Shown here: piece after piece, positions 27,941 through 37,039 of the stretch
How the letters are laid out: every line of letters begins with the position of its first letter
How positions within the stretch are numbered: position 1 is the first letter of the stretch
Virus record (IMG/VR): IMGVR_UViG_3300038499_000012
Location: 1-64,000 of that record
Source: a virus
Lineage: Duplodnaviria > Heunggongvirae > Uroviricota > Caudoviricetes
Reading direction: 5' to 3' (one strand)
Length of the DNA: 64,000 nucleotides
The notes under the pieces: generated by a model
The model's input: the letters and a program-made list of their open reading frames with translations, nothing else
Told to the model about the DNA's origin: nothing
The model's database searches: none
Position numbers and translations under genes: made by a program

Positions 27941-29297
27941 GCAGACTTGGTCCAAACTTGTTGATAGCATAAAAACCGCTTCTTATTTGATAGGTCTAAG
28001 AACAAACAATGAAGTTATCCTTATAGGAAGTGCTTCCGCGATAAACTCGACGACTCTTATTACCAATGCTCATGTATGGATGGGTGTTTTGAGTTCTTAC
28101 ATCCTTTTTAAACAGCAGGGAACGGTGGTCATTCCTATTGCGGTCCGAAATGGAAGTACATCAACAGGAACTAATGCCTATGCTTTAGACATAGGTGGTT
28201 TTCATGCGGATTACTCAAGAACTACCGTCTTCACTCCTGACATCGGATTTTTCAAATTAAACCAACCCCTACTCTCAACCAGTATTCTTGTACCGATAAA
28301 TGACACCATCCGGAATATCAGAACAGGCCAAGAAGTCGGTACTATAGGATATCCAGGAGAAACTTCTGACCGAGTTAATTACGTAGCTTACGCTACTTTC
28401 AAAAATGGTACTATATCCGCATTGACGCCTTTTGATACTTACCTAACAGCCAATACGTTTAATACCTTGGTGGTACAACATAATTTCAATACAACTGGAG
28501 GAACGTCAGGAAGTCCTATTTTTGATAACAAAGGACGCCTGATTGCCATCAATAATAGCGGAGCTGTTACCAATGTGTGGAACGATGCAACAGGCTCTTT
28601 CACATCTATCCCCACGGGGTCTATCGGGTATGGAATACGATCTGATGTTGTGAATGATATGTTCACGAGCGGCAGGTACGTGCTTGATACCATATCTACG
28701 TGGTACATTCCGAATCTCTATTCATTTTACCCGGGTAGTCGAATATGTCTTCGTAATGGAACACGATCGGTCTACATGAACACGACCATGTCTGTTGCTC
28801 AGGCATCAGCAAACGTGCTTTTTTCTAAGGCTGCACCTGATTATGTCTATTCAGATGGATCCCTGTTCTACACGGATAACGCTTCGTATGAAATACAGCT
28901 GATAAAAGGTGCATCTCTTCCTGATCATGTTTGGTCTATATTAATCATGGCTCCTGTAAGTACCATATACCAACCATCTTTCCGGGACTATTGGGGCATC
29001 ACCATAGGAACATCAAGGTCGTTCATTCTTGAATCTTATGGATATGGTTACACAAATGCTTTTTCGATCGACAGCTCAGTGTATTACTATAACTACTCTA
29101 CTAAGGGTATTGGTTTTGGATTCAAACAGAACGAATCAGACTGGAATTGTGATGCCATACAAATAGCAGTACCAGGTACTTTGGGGAAAACGACAGCCGG
29201 AACTTCTCATGAAATATTCGCAAATCCATCAATCAGACGTATTTCACCAAAAACGGTTGAAAAATATCCATTACCAATCAAAGTCATAACTAAATGA
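27876..29297 (+). CDS. trypsin-like (S1) serine protease domain protein
   Basis: TNAHVW (His), GGTSGSPIFD (Ser, GDSGSP-like) and ...INNSGAV. The N-terminus overlaps the upstream repeat region in another frame, so the start is uncertain. Confidence 0.4.
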   Translation: MVRRDTLIRRDTLVYIDSVLIRQTWSKLVDSIKTASYLIGLRTNNEVILIGSASAINSTTLITNAHVWMGVLSSYILFKQQGTVVIPIAVRNGSTSTGTNAYALDIGGFHADYSRTTVFTPDIGFFKLNQPLLSTSILVPINDTIRNIRTGQEVGTIGYPGETSDRVNYVAYATFKNGTISALTPFDTYLTANTFNTLVVQHNFNTTGGTSGSPIFDNKGRLIAINNSGAVTNVWNDATGSFTSIPTGSIGYGIRSDVVNDMFTSGRYVLDTISTWYIPNLYSFYPGSRICLRNGTRSVYMNTTMSVAQASANVLFSKAAPDYVYSDGSLFYTDNASYEIQLIKGASLPDHVWSILIMAPVSTIYQPSFRDYWGITIGTSRSFILESYGYGYTNAFSIDSSVYYYNYSTKGIGFGFKQNESDWNCDAIQIAVPGTLGKTTAGTSHEIFANPSIRRISPKTVEKYPLPIKVITK

Positions 29298-29944
29298 AAA
29301 ACTACCTCAAAGGACATCCGTTCCAGGAAGTCCTCCGCTTGCATAGGTCAGGAAAAACCACTAAACAAATGGCCACACTATTTCATTGCACCAGCCACAA
29401 TATCACCTACTGCCTACGGAAGCATGGCATACACCAGAACAAGGGCAAGAAACGACATCCGGCCTACGATGAAGTAGTCGAACTCCTGAAACATCATGTA
29501 CTTGTAGATGATATCGTTTCTAAGACCGGGGTCAAAAGAAACTACGTTAGAGACACGGCACGTCAAATCGGTGTCCGCCCTTTATACAAGCTGAGACACG
29601 ACAAACGGCTGGATGATGTTGAATGGCTCCGGAAGGTATATCTCAAGCAGAACAAGTCTAAAGAGCATATCTCTCGAATAACCAACACTAATCTGGCCAC
29701 CGTGATCAGGCAGATGAAGAAACTGAAGCTGCCGGCCAGATTCAAGTCCAGGGCGGATTACTCGTTCAGACCGCGGAGATACCCACAACTCAGAGACAAA
29801 AAGTACATGGTGGATCAGATGAAATCCGGGAAATCCATGCGGGAAATCGCTCTAGAAATAGGATGTTGTGAGAACTCTATCATCCGGGCACGAGTGAAAC
29901 TTGGGCTTATCAAAGAAGCTCCATGGACCCTAAGGATTTCCTGA
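29294..29944 (+). CDS. putative DNA-binding protein with repeated helix-turn-helix units
   Basis: Repeated basic HTH-like segments (TTKQMATLFHCTSHNITYCLRKHG..., NYVRDTARQIG, NLATVIRQMKKL, SMREIALEIGCCENSIIRAR). Confidence 0.3.
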   Translation: MKNYLKGHPFQEVLRLHRSGKTTKQMATLFHCTSHNITYCLRKHGIHQNKGKKRHPAYDEVVELLKHHVLVDDIVSKTGVKRNYVRDTARQIGVRPLYKLRHDKRLDDVEWLRKVYLKQNKSKEHISRITNTNLATVIRQMKKLKLPARFKSRADYSFRPRRYPQLRDKKYMVDQMKSGKSMREIALEIGCCENSIIRARVKLGLIKEAPWTLRIS

Positions 29945-30119
29945 CGGGAATTCATATGCACGGATGCACAGCAAACGAAAACGAGGATTAAAGCCCAGGT
30001 ACAACCTCCAGCAATGCGTTGGTCGGTCGGTGTGAGAATCTACACATTGCGGTAGAGGACTACCGGCGTAACGATCTGAAAACCTGGGCTATAAATAAAG
30101 GGATGGAAAGTGGGATCGT

Positions 30120-30323
30120 ATGAAACTGTCAAAGCGTAAACTTAAAGAATTACAAATACTTTCAACCGGCCACGACGCTCTACAGCACTGTGGGTATGAC
30201 TTTGTTGATAACCATCCCGAAGAATGGAGTAATTCCGATAAACAAATCTACGATTTAGTCAACGAAGTTGAAAAAAGGATGTTGACTGGTTTTTTAGAAG
30301 TACTCGGCGTGACTGTTGAATAA
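30120..30323 (+). CDS. hypothetical small protein
   Basis: ORF. Confidence 0.25.
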   Translation: MKLSKRKLKELQILSTGHDALQHCGYDFVDNHPEEWSNSDKQIYDLVNEVEKRMLTGFLEVLGVTVE

Positions 30324-30335
30324 GGAGATTCGTAA

Positions 30336-30809
30336 ATGCCCTGGGTAAAAAATATCAATCCTACACAAGAAGTTCTTGATGAACTCATGCATGAGTGTCT
30401 GAAGCAATCCAATAAACCGTGCCATGACTGTGGGGTATTACCAGGCCAAGCACACATCGGAGGCTGTGATACGGCTCGGTGTCTCGTTTGCGGTAATCAA
30501 TGGCTATCTTGTGGATGTAAAAAAGGTGAAGGGGATATATGGACAGGACTATGGCCAGGAACTATATCCTGCTATGAGTATGGATTAGTAAGTCATTGGG
30601 AGGGGGAATGTCCTATCAAAGGTTGGGGGAAGAACCAACCAACATTTGATTATAATGCAGAAGCTTTGCTTCGCCTGTATAAAGGCCACAAAAAGGTGTG
30701 CTCTTTTAAAGAGTTCTTGTCAAGAAACAACATGCTTGAAAAATATGCCCAGCTTCGACAGACAACTAAAAAGGACGGGAATAATGGAAGTATCTATTGG
30801 AATGACTGA
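30336..30809 (+). CDS. Cys-rich (zinc-binding?) protein
   Basis: CHDCG...CDTARCLVCGNQWLSCGC cysteine clusters; RBS aaggag. Confidence 0.3.
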   Translation: MPWVKNINPTQEVLDELMHECLKQSNKPCHDCGVLPGQAHIGGCDTARCLVCGNQWLSCGCKKGEGDIWTGLWPGTISCYEYGLVSHWEGECPIKGWGKNQPTFDYNAEALLRLYKGHKKVCSFKEFLSRNNMLEKYAQLRQTTKKDGNNGSIYWND

Positions 30810-31083
30810 GAATGAAGTGGAAAAGCTTGCAAGCGTGCACACCAGTCATGCTATCAATGCCTACATGGAAAATTCGCCCGACTTTGAGGATAGTGAGGCT
30901 CTTACGTCCATAGTCTTAGAATCTATGCGGCTTTTGGGCACCATACTTGTTAAACGTCATTGTGAAGAAATCCTGAAAGTGCAGGAACTCTATTTCGACC
31001 ACACTCGAAAGGTGAACGAGACAACAATCGACATACTCAAAAATCTCGTGATCGGAAGAATAAAGCCTTCCGAGAAAATTTGA
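30784..31083 (+). CDS. hypothetical protein
   Basis: Internal Met (MEVSIG) of track ORF 30646; the upstream part overlaps the preceding gene. Confidence 0.25.
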   Translation: MEVSIGMTENEVEKLASVHTSHAINAYMENSPDFEDSEALTSIVLESMRLLGTILVKRHCEEILKVQELYFDHTRKVNETTIDILKNLVIGRIKPSEKI

Positions 31084-31304
31084 CCATCCAAAGGGAGACC
31101 TTTATGGACGAACAGGATACCTTCCCCATTGATGATGAACTCTTCGGAAAAAGCTCTTTTGAGGACATGGTCGAGGAGTCCGAAAAAGCCTCACTTCCTC
31201 CAGAGGATTTTCGTGAAAGCTCTTTTGAGGACATGGTAGAGGAGTCCGAAAAGGCCTCACTTCCTCCCGAGGAAATGCCTGATTGCCGCAAAGAAGAAGA
31301 TTAA
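31080..31304 (+). CDS. small acidic protein with 21-aa tandem duplication
   Basis: SSFEDMVEESEKASLPPE appears twice, from a 63-bp tandem DNA repeat at ~31153-31278. Confidence 0.3.
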   Translation: MTIQRETFMDEQDTFPIDDELFGKSSFEDMVEESEKASLPPEDFRESSFEDMVEESEKASLPPEEMPDCRKEED

Positions 31305-31341
31305 AGTCTCTTACTCCACCCTCATAAAAGGAGTCCCTTCA

Positions 31342-31908
31342 ATGGCTGATCACAAGGTCATAGACTATTCGAAGATTGCCGAGTTCCTGAAAGAAAATCC
31401 TGATGCACCCTTCAGTGAATTCCAGGATAAATGTCCCGTGGATATCACGGACGTGACCTACTATAAGTACCGAAAATTGTCCCGCGCCGGAAAATGGAAT
31501 TGGGTCACCCCGATGTCAAAAACCGAGCGTGTTCAAACAAAACGACTGGCAAGAGATCTATTCGGAAAACCCGGCAAGAAGCCTGAAAAGGATCATGACA
31601 AGATTGTGGCCTATATTCAGGCCAATCCCGACGCGACCTACGAAGAGTTCAGGAAAGATACGACCTTTAAGCTGTCGTCGGGTCACTACTACAAGGTCCG
31701 AAAACAACAGACAGGAAGAACTTCCAAGTACTCACCTCGTAAGAGTCTCTACATGAGTCTTTTCAGGCATCCCACTGCCAGTATGTCTCAAGAGTCCAAA
31801 GACCTCCTGAAGAGCTTCGTAGACACGTTGAATGGCAGTAAACGGGCCAAGCTGGAAATCGTCGAGTACATATCACCGGCCATGCTTGAGGTCCGCGAGG
31901 TAAGATAA
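31342..31908 (+). CDS. hypothetical protein with two ~45-aa internal repeats
   Basis: DYSKIAEFLKENPDAPFSEFQDK...YYKYRKL versus DHDKIVAYIQANPDATYEEFRKD...YYKVRKQ. Confidence 0.3.
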   Translation: MADHKVIDYSKIAEFLKENPDAPFSEFQDKCPVDITDVTYYKYRKLSRAGKWNWVTPMSKTERVQTKRLARDLFGKPGKKPEKDHDKIVAYIQANPDATYEEFRKDTTFKLSSGHYYKVRKQQTGRTSKYSPRKSLYMSLFRHPTASMSQESKDLLKSFVDTLNGSKRAKLEIVEYISPAMLEVREVR

Positions 31909-31936
31909 CATACCACATAGAAAGGTTGGTGTCGGG

Positions 31937-32344
31937 ATGAACAAAAACCTACAGTTAGACGCCCTCCGGAATGAGAGGAACTGGATTGTTGAGGAAAGGA
32001 CCGGAGGAACCATTTCAATGACCAAGGCCATCAATGGTCGGGCAGTCCATGTGAGTCTCATCCGACAGCCGGGCAAGAAGAAGTATGAGCTACGATTTCC
32101 GTCATACATCTTCCAGTCGACAATCTCTCACTTCGGGCCGGCCAGTGATGAGGTCCGTCTCTGCAGGAATAAGCAACTGTTGTTCACGCTCATCAAGGCT
32201 TTGAAACGGTCAGCAGCATGGCCTCTTATTGATAACCAGCGTTTCCTGGTCATCAACAATTCCAACCCCAGGTCCAACAAGGCTATCCTGAAGAAGCAGC
32301 TTGAGGATATTGTGAACTACGATCCCAACAAGAAGGATATTTGA
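31937..32344 (+). CDS. hypothetical protein
   Basis: ORF. Confidence 0.3.
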   Translation: MNKNLQLDALRNERNWIVEERTGGTISMTKAINGRAVHVSLIRQPGKKKYELRFPSYIFQSTISHFGPASDEVRLCRNKQLLFTLIKALKRSAAWPLIDNQRFLVINNSNPRSNKAILKKQLEDIVNYDPNKKDI

Positions 32345-32785
32345 GTGGTCAAAAACTACACCTCTACAGTACCGGCAAACCGTTCGGTCCAGCACATAGA
32401 GGACCGGTTGGTTAAGCATAATGCCAAAAACATCCTGAAACTCTACGAGGACCAGTGTCTGGTAGGTGTGGCATTCATCATCCCAAACAACGGCAAAGAT
32501 ATCCCATTCAAGTTGCCGGCCCGTATCGACCGTGTGGAAGCCCGTCTTCGGAGTGTCATAAAAAGGCCTCGGAAGGGCACCTTAGGTAAGCTTAAGGAGC
32601 AAGCTGCTCGTACGGCATGGAAACTTCTGGCGGACTGGGTGGACATTCAGCTATCGTTGGTAGAGCTGGACCAGGTTGAGATGCTTGAAATTTTCATGCC
32701 CTACATATACGACTCTGAGAAGGATAAGACCTTTTTTGAGCGCATGAAGGACAGTGGATTCAAGCTTCTTGAACACAAGGGATGA
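32345..32785 (+). CDS. hypothetical protein
   Basis: ORF. Confidence 0.3.
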   Translation: MVKNYTSTVPANRSVQHIEDRLVKHNAKNILKLYEDQCLVGVAFIIPNNGKDIPFKLPARIDRVEARLRSVIKRPRKGTLGKLKEQAARTAWKLLADWVDIQLSLVELDQVEMLEIFMPYIYDSEKDKTFFERMKDSGFKLLEHKG

Positions 32786-33075
32786 CCATGAACAGATTTT
32801 TTGGTGTACTTCTTATTGTGTTTATTTTTGTGAGTGCTGGTGTTGGAATCTCTTACGGAATGATATGGATTGAAAACAACAGGGAAATTTCCCCTACTGA
32901 CTACCGCATGCTCGTTAGATATGAAGAGCCTGAGCTACAATTAATGATTCAGAACTTCATGGAAGACAACAAAATGACTCAGGGCGAGTTCATGAAAGTC
33001 ATTCGCAGGTCGAATAAGATTAGGGAATCAAAGGTGAATGTCGATAGCATCAAGCAGCTACTTCGAGGGCCTTGA
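32782..33075 (+). CDS. small membrane protein
   Basis: N-terminal TM helix FFGVLLIVFIFVSAGVGISYGMIWI. Confidence 0.3.
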   Translation: MTMNRFFGVLLIVFIFVSAGVGISYGMIWIENNREISPTDYRMLVRYEEPELQLMIQNFMEDNKMTQGEFMKVIRRSNKIRESKVNVDSIKQLLRGP

Positions 33076-33442
33076 AGCGGGTCACTACTCGAAGGGCTGC
33101 TTTCTTGTCGGGCTTGTTTTCAGGACTCTTTTTCCAGAAGGGATTATCAGTAAGGGCGTGTTCCTTTTGATGTTCCCCCTTCTTTTTGAAGAGTTCTAGG
33201 TTGGAGAGGGCATTATTGGCCTGATTACCGTCTTTGTGATGCACCTCTTCGTCTTTTCGCAGATAACGTCCTAATTTCAATTCCATAAGGGCAACATGAT
33301 GGTAGATATACTTAAGCTTTCTATCTTTGAGCTCCATTCCATGTGGATGAGGCGGATCAGTAACGCAGTACTTGTAGCCATTTCCCGATGCATCTACGAT
33401 GCTGCCTGGAACTATTTTGAATAACGGTTTCTTTTTGGCCAT
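33050..33442 (-). CDS. HNH homing endonuclease
   Basis: HHKDGNQANNALSNLEL HNH motif; free-standing 130-aa gene on the opposite strand to its neighbours. Confidence 0.7.
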   Translation of the reverse strand: MAKKKPLFKIVPGSIVDASGNGYKYCVTDPPHPHGMELKDRKLKYIYHHVALMELKLGRYLRKDEEVHHKDGNQANNALSNLELFKKKGEHQKEHALTDNPFWKKSPENKPDKKAALRVVTRFKALEVAA

Positions 33443-33475
33443 ACTTCAGATTGTATATCGAAAGATTATTACAGC

Positions 33476-33727
33476 ATGTATCCTAACGAATTTTGTGCTG
33501 ATTGCACGTACCAATTATGCGATAAGTGCGTGTGTTTTGAAGATTTTTACAAAAAAAGGAAATGGGATTGGGTAGATTGGTATTCACCCTCTCTCTATCC
33601 AAAAAAACCGAAATTTGAATATGTTCCCCCTTCTGAGCCAGAACAAAAGTTGGAATTAGAATACAACCTCTCTCATTCTAAATCGGAACTCACACCAATC
33701 CCTAAACGAAAGGTCCTGTGGAAATGA
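33476..33727 (+). CDS. hypothetical Cys-containing small protein
   Basis: ORF. Confidence 0.25.
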   Translation: MYPNEFCADCTYQLCDKCVCFEDFYKKRKWDWVDWYSPSLYPKKPKFEYVPPSEPEQKLELEYNLSHSKSELTPIPKRKVLWK

Positions 33728-34197
33728 CCACTATCGCTGTATCTTGTATAATTTCACTGTGTCTGGCAATCATCCTAGAGTTTATGGGTATGTGGTACCA
33801 AAAGCGTAGGATAGCCGAGCTCACAATACAGCTGGCAGATACGGCAAAAGTTGCCTCCCCCAAACAGGTGGCCCAACAGAAAGAGGAGGATGCCGGCAAA
33901 ACCGATAGCAATGAGCTCTACGGGGGTCTCGTACTCAAAACTACAAGTACCTGGTCCGGTCGGTCGACTGAGAAATATACCCTTACCGATAAAATGCCTG
34001 TGTTTGGGTCTATTTCTGAAGCGGCGGCATTTGGAGCCGGGATGTTGTCCAAAATGGAAGACCTATCAGTCGCGAACATATCTCCGTATGGGTATGTGAC
34101 TTCAACGGCCAACTACGTAGGATTGAAAATCATCGTTGGTAACATTATTGAGCAGATCAACGGACTGAACCAGAAAGGAGACGCACAAGCACAATAG
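33718..34197 (+). CDS. membrane-anchored hypothetical protein
   Basis: N-terminal TM helix. Confidence 0.3.
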   Translation: MEMTTIAVSCIISLCLAIILEFMGMWYQKRRIAELTIQLADTAKVASPKQVAQQKEEDAGKTDSNELYGGLVLKTTSTWSGRSTEKYTLTDKMPVFGSISEAAAFGAGMLSKMEDLSVANISPYGYVTSTANYVGLKIIVGNIIEQINGLNQKGDAQAQ

Positions 34198-34560
34198 AGG
34201 CATGGCAATACGCTTGCCGGAAGCGAAGCAAAAGAACCCATGTACCTCAACCTATGCTTCGAAATAGGGGTGTGGGAGCGGTGCTTCTAGTAGAAGTATT
34301 AGAATTTCGACTATCAGATGGATGTGTGGAGAGAATCATTCTCCTGCAACTTGAGGTGTGACCTCTTCTGAGGAGCACCAAGTGGAGTAAAATCTGCACC
34401 CAACAAGCCAAGTAATAATTAATGCGTAAGTGCTGTGCGCTAGTTAGATTAATTTTGCATCCAGCGGCCATCCATACGTTGATTATTCTAAAACCAATAT
34501 CTGAAGCGATTTTTTTAAAGATGTCCTCTGTTGTGCTTTTGCGACTCCTAGAAAGGTTCT

Positions 34561-34758
34561 ATGTTAGTACTATGTGACATGTGTGGCAAACCTTTGAAGG
34601 ATCTACCGTTACCTATCCCTATGAAGCATCGAGGGAAACTATATCGGTTGACTTTTCAAGTTCGTACCGGAAAAGGTAGATGGCAACATCTTTGGAAGAA
34701 CTCGGACTGTTGTTGTACTTGCTTGAAAAAATACAGGGATCGGTTAGTGCATGACTGA
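34561..34758 (+). CDS. small Cys-rich protein
   Basis: CDMCG...CCCTC cysteine motifs. Confidence 0.25.
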   Translation: MLVLCDMCGKPLKDLPLPIPMKHRGKLYRLTFQVRTGKGRWQHLWKNSDCCCTCLKKYRDRLVHD

Positions 34759-35545
34759 TCAATTCATCACAGGAGACTGTAGGAATGTCCTACCACAGCT
34801 TCCCGAAGAGTCCGTGGACTTAGTAGTCACTTCCCCGCCCTATAATCAGGATGTGGCGTATGAAGACCACATGGATGCTCTTTCCCATTCAGAATACATA
34901 GCATGGCTGAAAGACATCTTTTTCAAGATACACAGAGTCTTGAAGTTTGGTGGAAGGGTATGCATCAATGTAGGCGATGGAAACAATGGGGCTATACCTA
35001 CTCATTCCGACATCATTCAGTTCATGCAAGACCTGAGCTACATACCGATGACGACCATCATATGGGACAAAAAGAACTGTTCTAGCCGCACGAGCTGGGG
35101 GTCTTTTAAGTCTCCTTCCTGCCCATCTTTCCCTACTCCTTTTGAATACATATTGGTTTTTGCGAAGGGATCCAGGAAACTTCAGACTCCTGGGGAAACA
35201 GACCTGACCAAGGAAGAGTTCATAGAATGGTCCTTACCAATATGGTTCGTGCAGGCTAAGGATTACATGACTACGACCGCTTTGATAAACCGCGGGGTGC
35301 ATCCTGCTCCCTATCCTGAAGAAATACCCAAACGATGCATAAAGATGTTCTCTTGGAAGGATGCGGTGGTATTGGATCCCTTTGCGGGGTATGGGACTAC
35401 GGCCGTTGCCTGTAAGAAGTATGATCGACGATACATCTGCATTGAGCTTTCTGAGACGTATGCAGAAAAAGCACTTAAGCGTCTTGAAAATCTATCCGTA
35501 ATGGATTCTCTATTCGGGGAAGAAGATCTCGATGGCAAAATCTGA
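34751..35545 (+). CDS. DNA methyltransferase (N6-adenine/N4-cytosine, beta-class with SPPY motif)
   Basis: VVTSPPYNQ motif IV and C-terminal VLDPFAGYGTTAVA motif I (N6_N4_Mtase architecture). Confidence 0.75.
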   Translation: MTDQFITGDCRNVLPQLPEESVDLVVTSPPYNQDVAYEDHMDALSHSEYIAWLKDIFFKIHRVLKFGGRVCINVGDGNNGAIPTHSDIIQFMQDLSYIPMTTIIWDKKNCSSRTSWGSFKSPSCPSFPTPFEYILVFAKGSRKLQTPGETDLTKEEFIEWSLPIWFVQAKDYMTTTALINRGVHPAPYPEEIPKRCIKMFSWKDAVVLDPFAGYGTTAVACKKYDRRYICIELSETYAEKALKRLENLSVMDSLFGEEDLDGKI

Positions 35546-35643
35546 TCGTATTCAAGTCTTTCTGAAGAAGGCCAAGACTGAGATGTACATAGTTCTTGGT
35601 GATTGTGAGCCGGATGATTTGACGGATTCTGAAAAGTTGATAT

Positions 35644-36219
35644 TTGAAATCTTGTCGAGGGATTCTGATGTCGAATCTAAGAGTAAACTACATAGGTAAG
35701 CGTCTGCACGCACAGGGGCCTGGTACTAGATATACGATATGGGTTCAGGGCTGCAGCATACATTGTCCGGACTGCATGAATACCGATACCTGGGACCCGT
35801 CCGGAGGTAAGGACTACGATGTCCAGGAGCTTGCTGATGACATCCTTTCAACTAATTGGATCGACGGGGTAACCATTACCGGCGGAGAGCCTCTAGACCA
35901 ACTGGAAGCTGTTAGTGAGCTGTGCAGTCTAATATTTGATAAGGTATGCGTATTCCTGACTACCGGATATAAATTTTCGGAATCGTGTATCAGTGTTGGT
36001 GCACTGCGAATCTGCTCAATAATGCCTGTATTGGATATTTTATGTGTAGGTCCTTTCGAAGCTGTTAAGGTGTGTACGGATGGGTGGAGAGGATCATCCA
36101 ACCAAGCAGTGATGTTTTTGACCGATCGTGGTAAGAGTCAGAAAGATTTTCAAATTATCTCAAAAGAAATGATTGTATCTGCAGATGGTCAAGTTATTAA
36201 AACAGGATTTCATTTATGA
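35644..36219 (+). CDS. nrdG: anaerobic ribonucleotide reductase-activating protein NrdG-like (radical SAM)
   Basis: GPGTRYTIWVQGCSIHCPDCMNTDTW, TITGGEPL and WRGSSNQAVMFL parallel E. coli NrdG. Probable start is the Met at ~35668. Confidence 0.65.
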   Translation: MKSCRGILMSNLRVNYIGKRLHAQGPGTRYTIWVQGCSIHCPDCMNTDTWDPSGGKDYDVQELADDILSTNWIDGVTITGGEPLDQLEAVSELCSLIFDKVCVFLTTGYKFSESCISVGALRICSIMPVLDILCVGPFEAVKVCTDGWRGSSNQAVMFLTDRGKSQKDFQIISKEMIVSADGQVIKTGFHL

Positions 36220-36373
36220 TTAGAAAGAAAATAACAAAGACACCGGCTGCCAGATTTTGTGGGAATTGTGGTCGAATGGATATTGTAGGGAAAGACGATC
36301 CTTGCCCTAAAATACGTGCCTGTATTCTTTATGTAAAACCTGGCCAAGAGCTTAAATATTGGATTCCAAAATC

Positions 36374-36658
36374 ATGAAGAATGTGACCAAAAAAGAACTT
36401 GCCAGAGATATGGCTGATAGCGACCTGTCAATTCCTATTAATCAGGCTGTAGCTACAGAGATGATTGATGAGTTGATAAATATTATTCTGAATAAGTACA
36501 GGAAGGGCCGGCGTATCGAACTGAGAGGCTTTGGAACGTTTTACCCATACAAAAGAAGCGCTCGGGCCATCAGTAGTCCCGTAACGGGTGTCATAAGGAA
36601 AGTCAAAGCCTGTACCATGCTCAAATTCAGGGCTTCGAAGGATACTCAACGACCATGA
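36374..36658 (+). CDS. HU/IHF-family DNA-binding protein
   Basis: LRGFGTFYPYKRSARAISSPVTGV..KVKACTMLKFRAS matches the bacterial DNA-binding protein signature. Start at the Met with RBS. Confidence 0.6.
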   Translation: MKNVTKKELARDMADSDLSIPINQAVATEMIDELINIILNKYRKGRRIELRGFGTFYPYKRSARAISSPVTGVIRKVKACTMLKFRASKDTQRP

Positions 36659-37039
36659 AAGACGGACACGGACATACTCGTGGAGTGTATCTATGTGTTG
36701 GGAAAAAGTGCCCCAACTTTCCGTGTATTACATATTGCGGTACTCTAAGTGACTGGTGCAAGTATTACCCCGGGTATGGGTACTGCAACAGCAAAAAGTT
36801 TGGAAAACCACTTAACGGTTAGCGTTTACGATTTCGCATGTAGGGGCTATTGTCGATATATCCCAATTCTCGGTTGGTTTTGATCATCCGCAGCAGACTA
36901 ACCATAAAACGCACCACAAGAATCATAATCACGACAGCAAAAAAAATACTGACAATAAGGTTGAGCATGGGCGGGCCTCCAAGTGATCAAAAGAAATTGG
37001 ATCTATTTATATTGGAGAGTATCCATGCAAAACGAGCGG

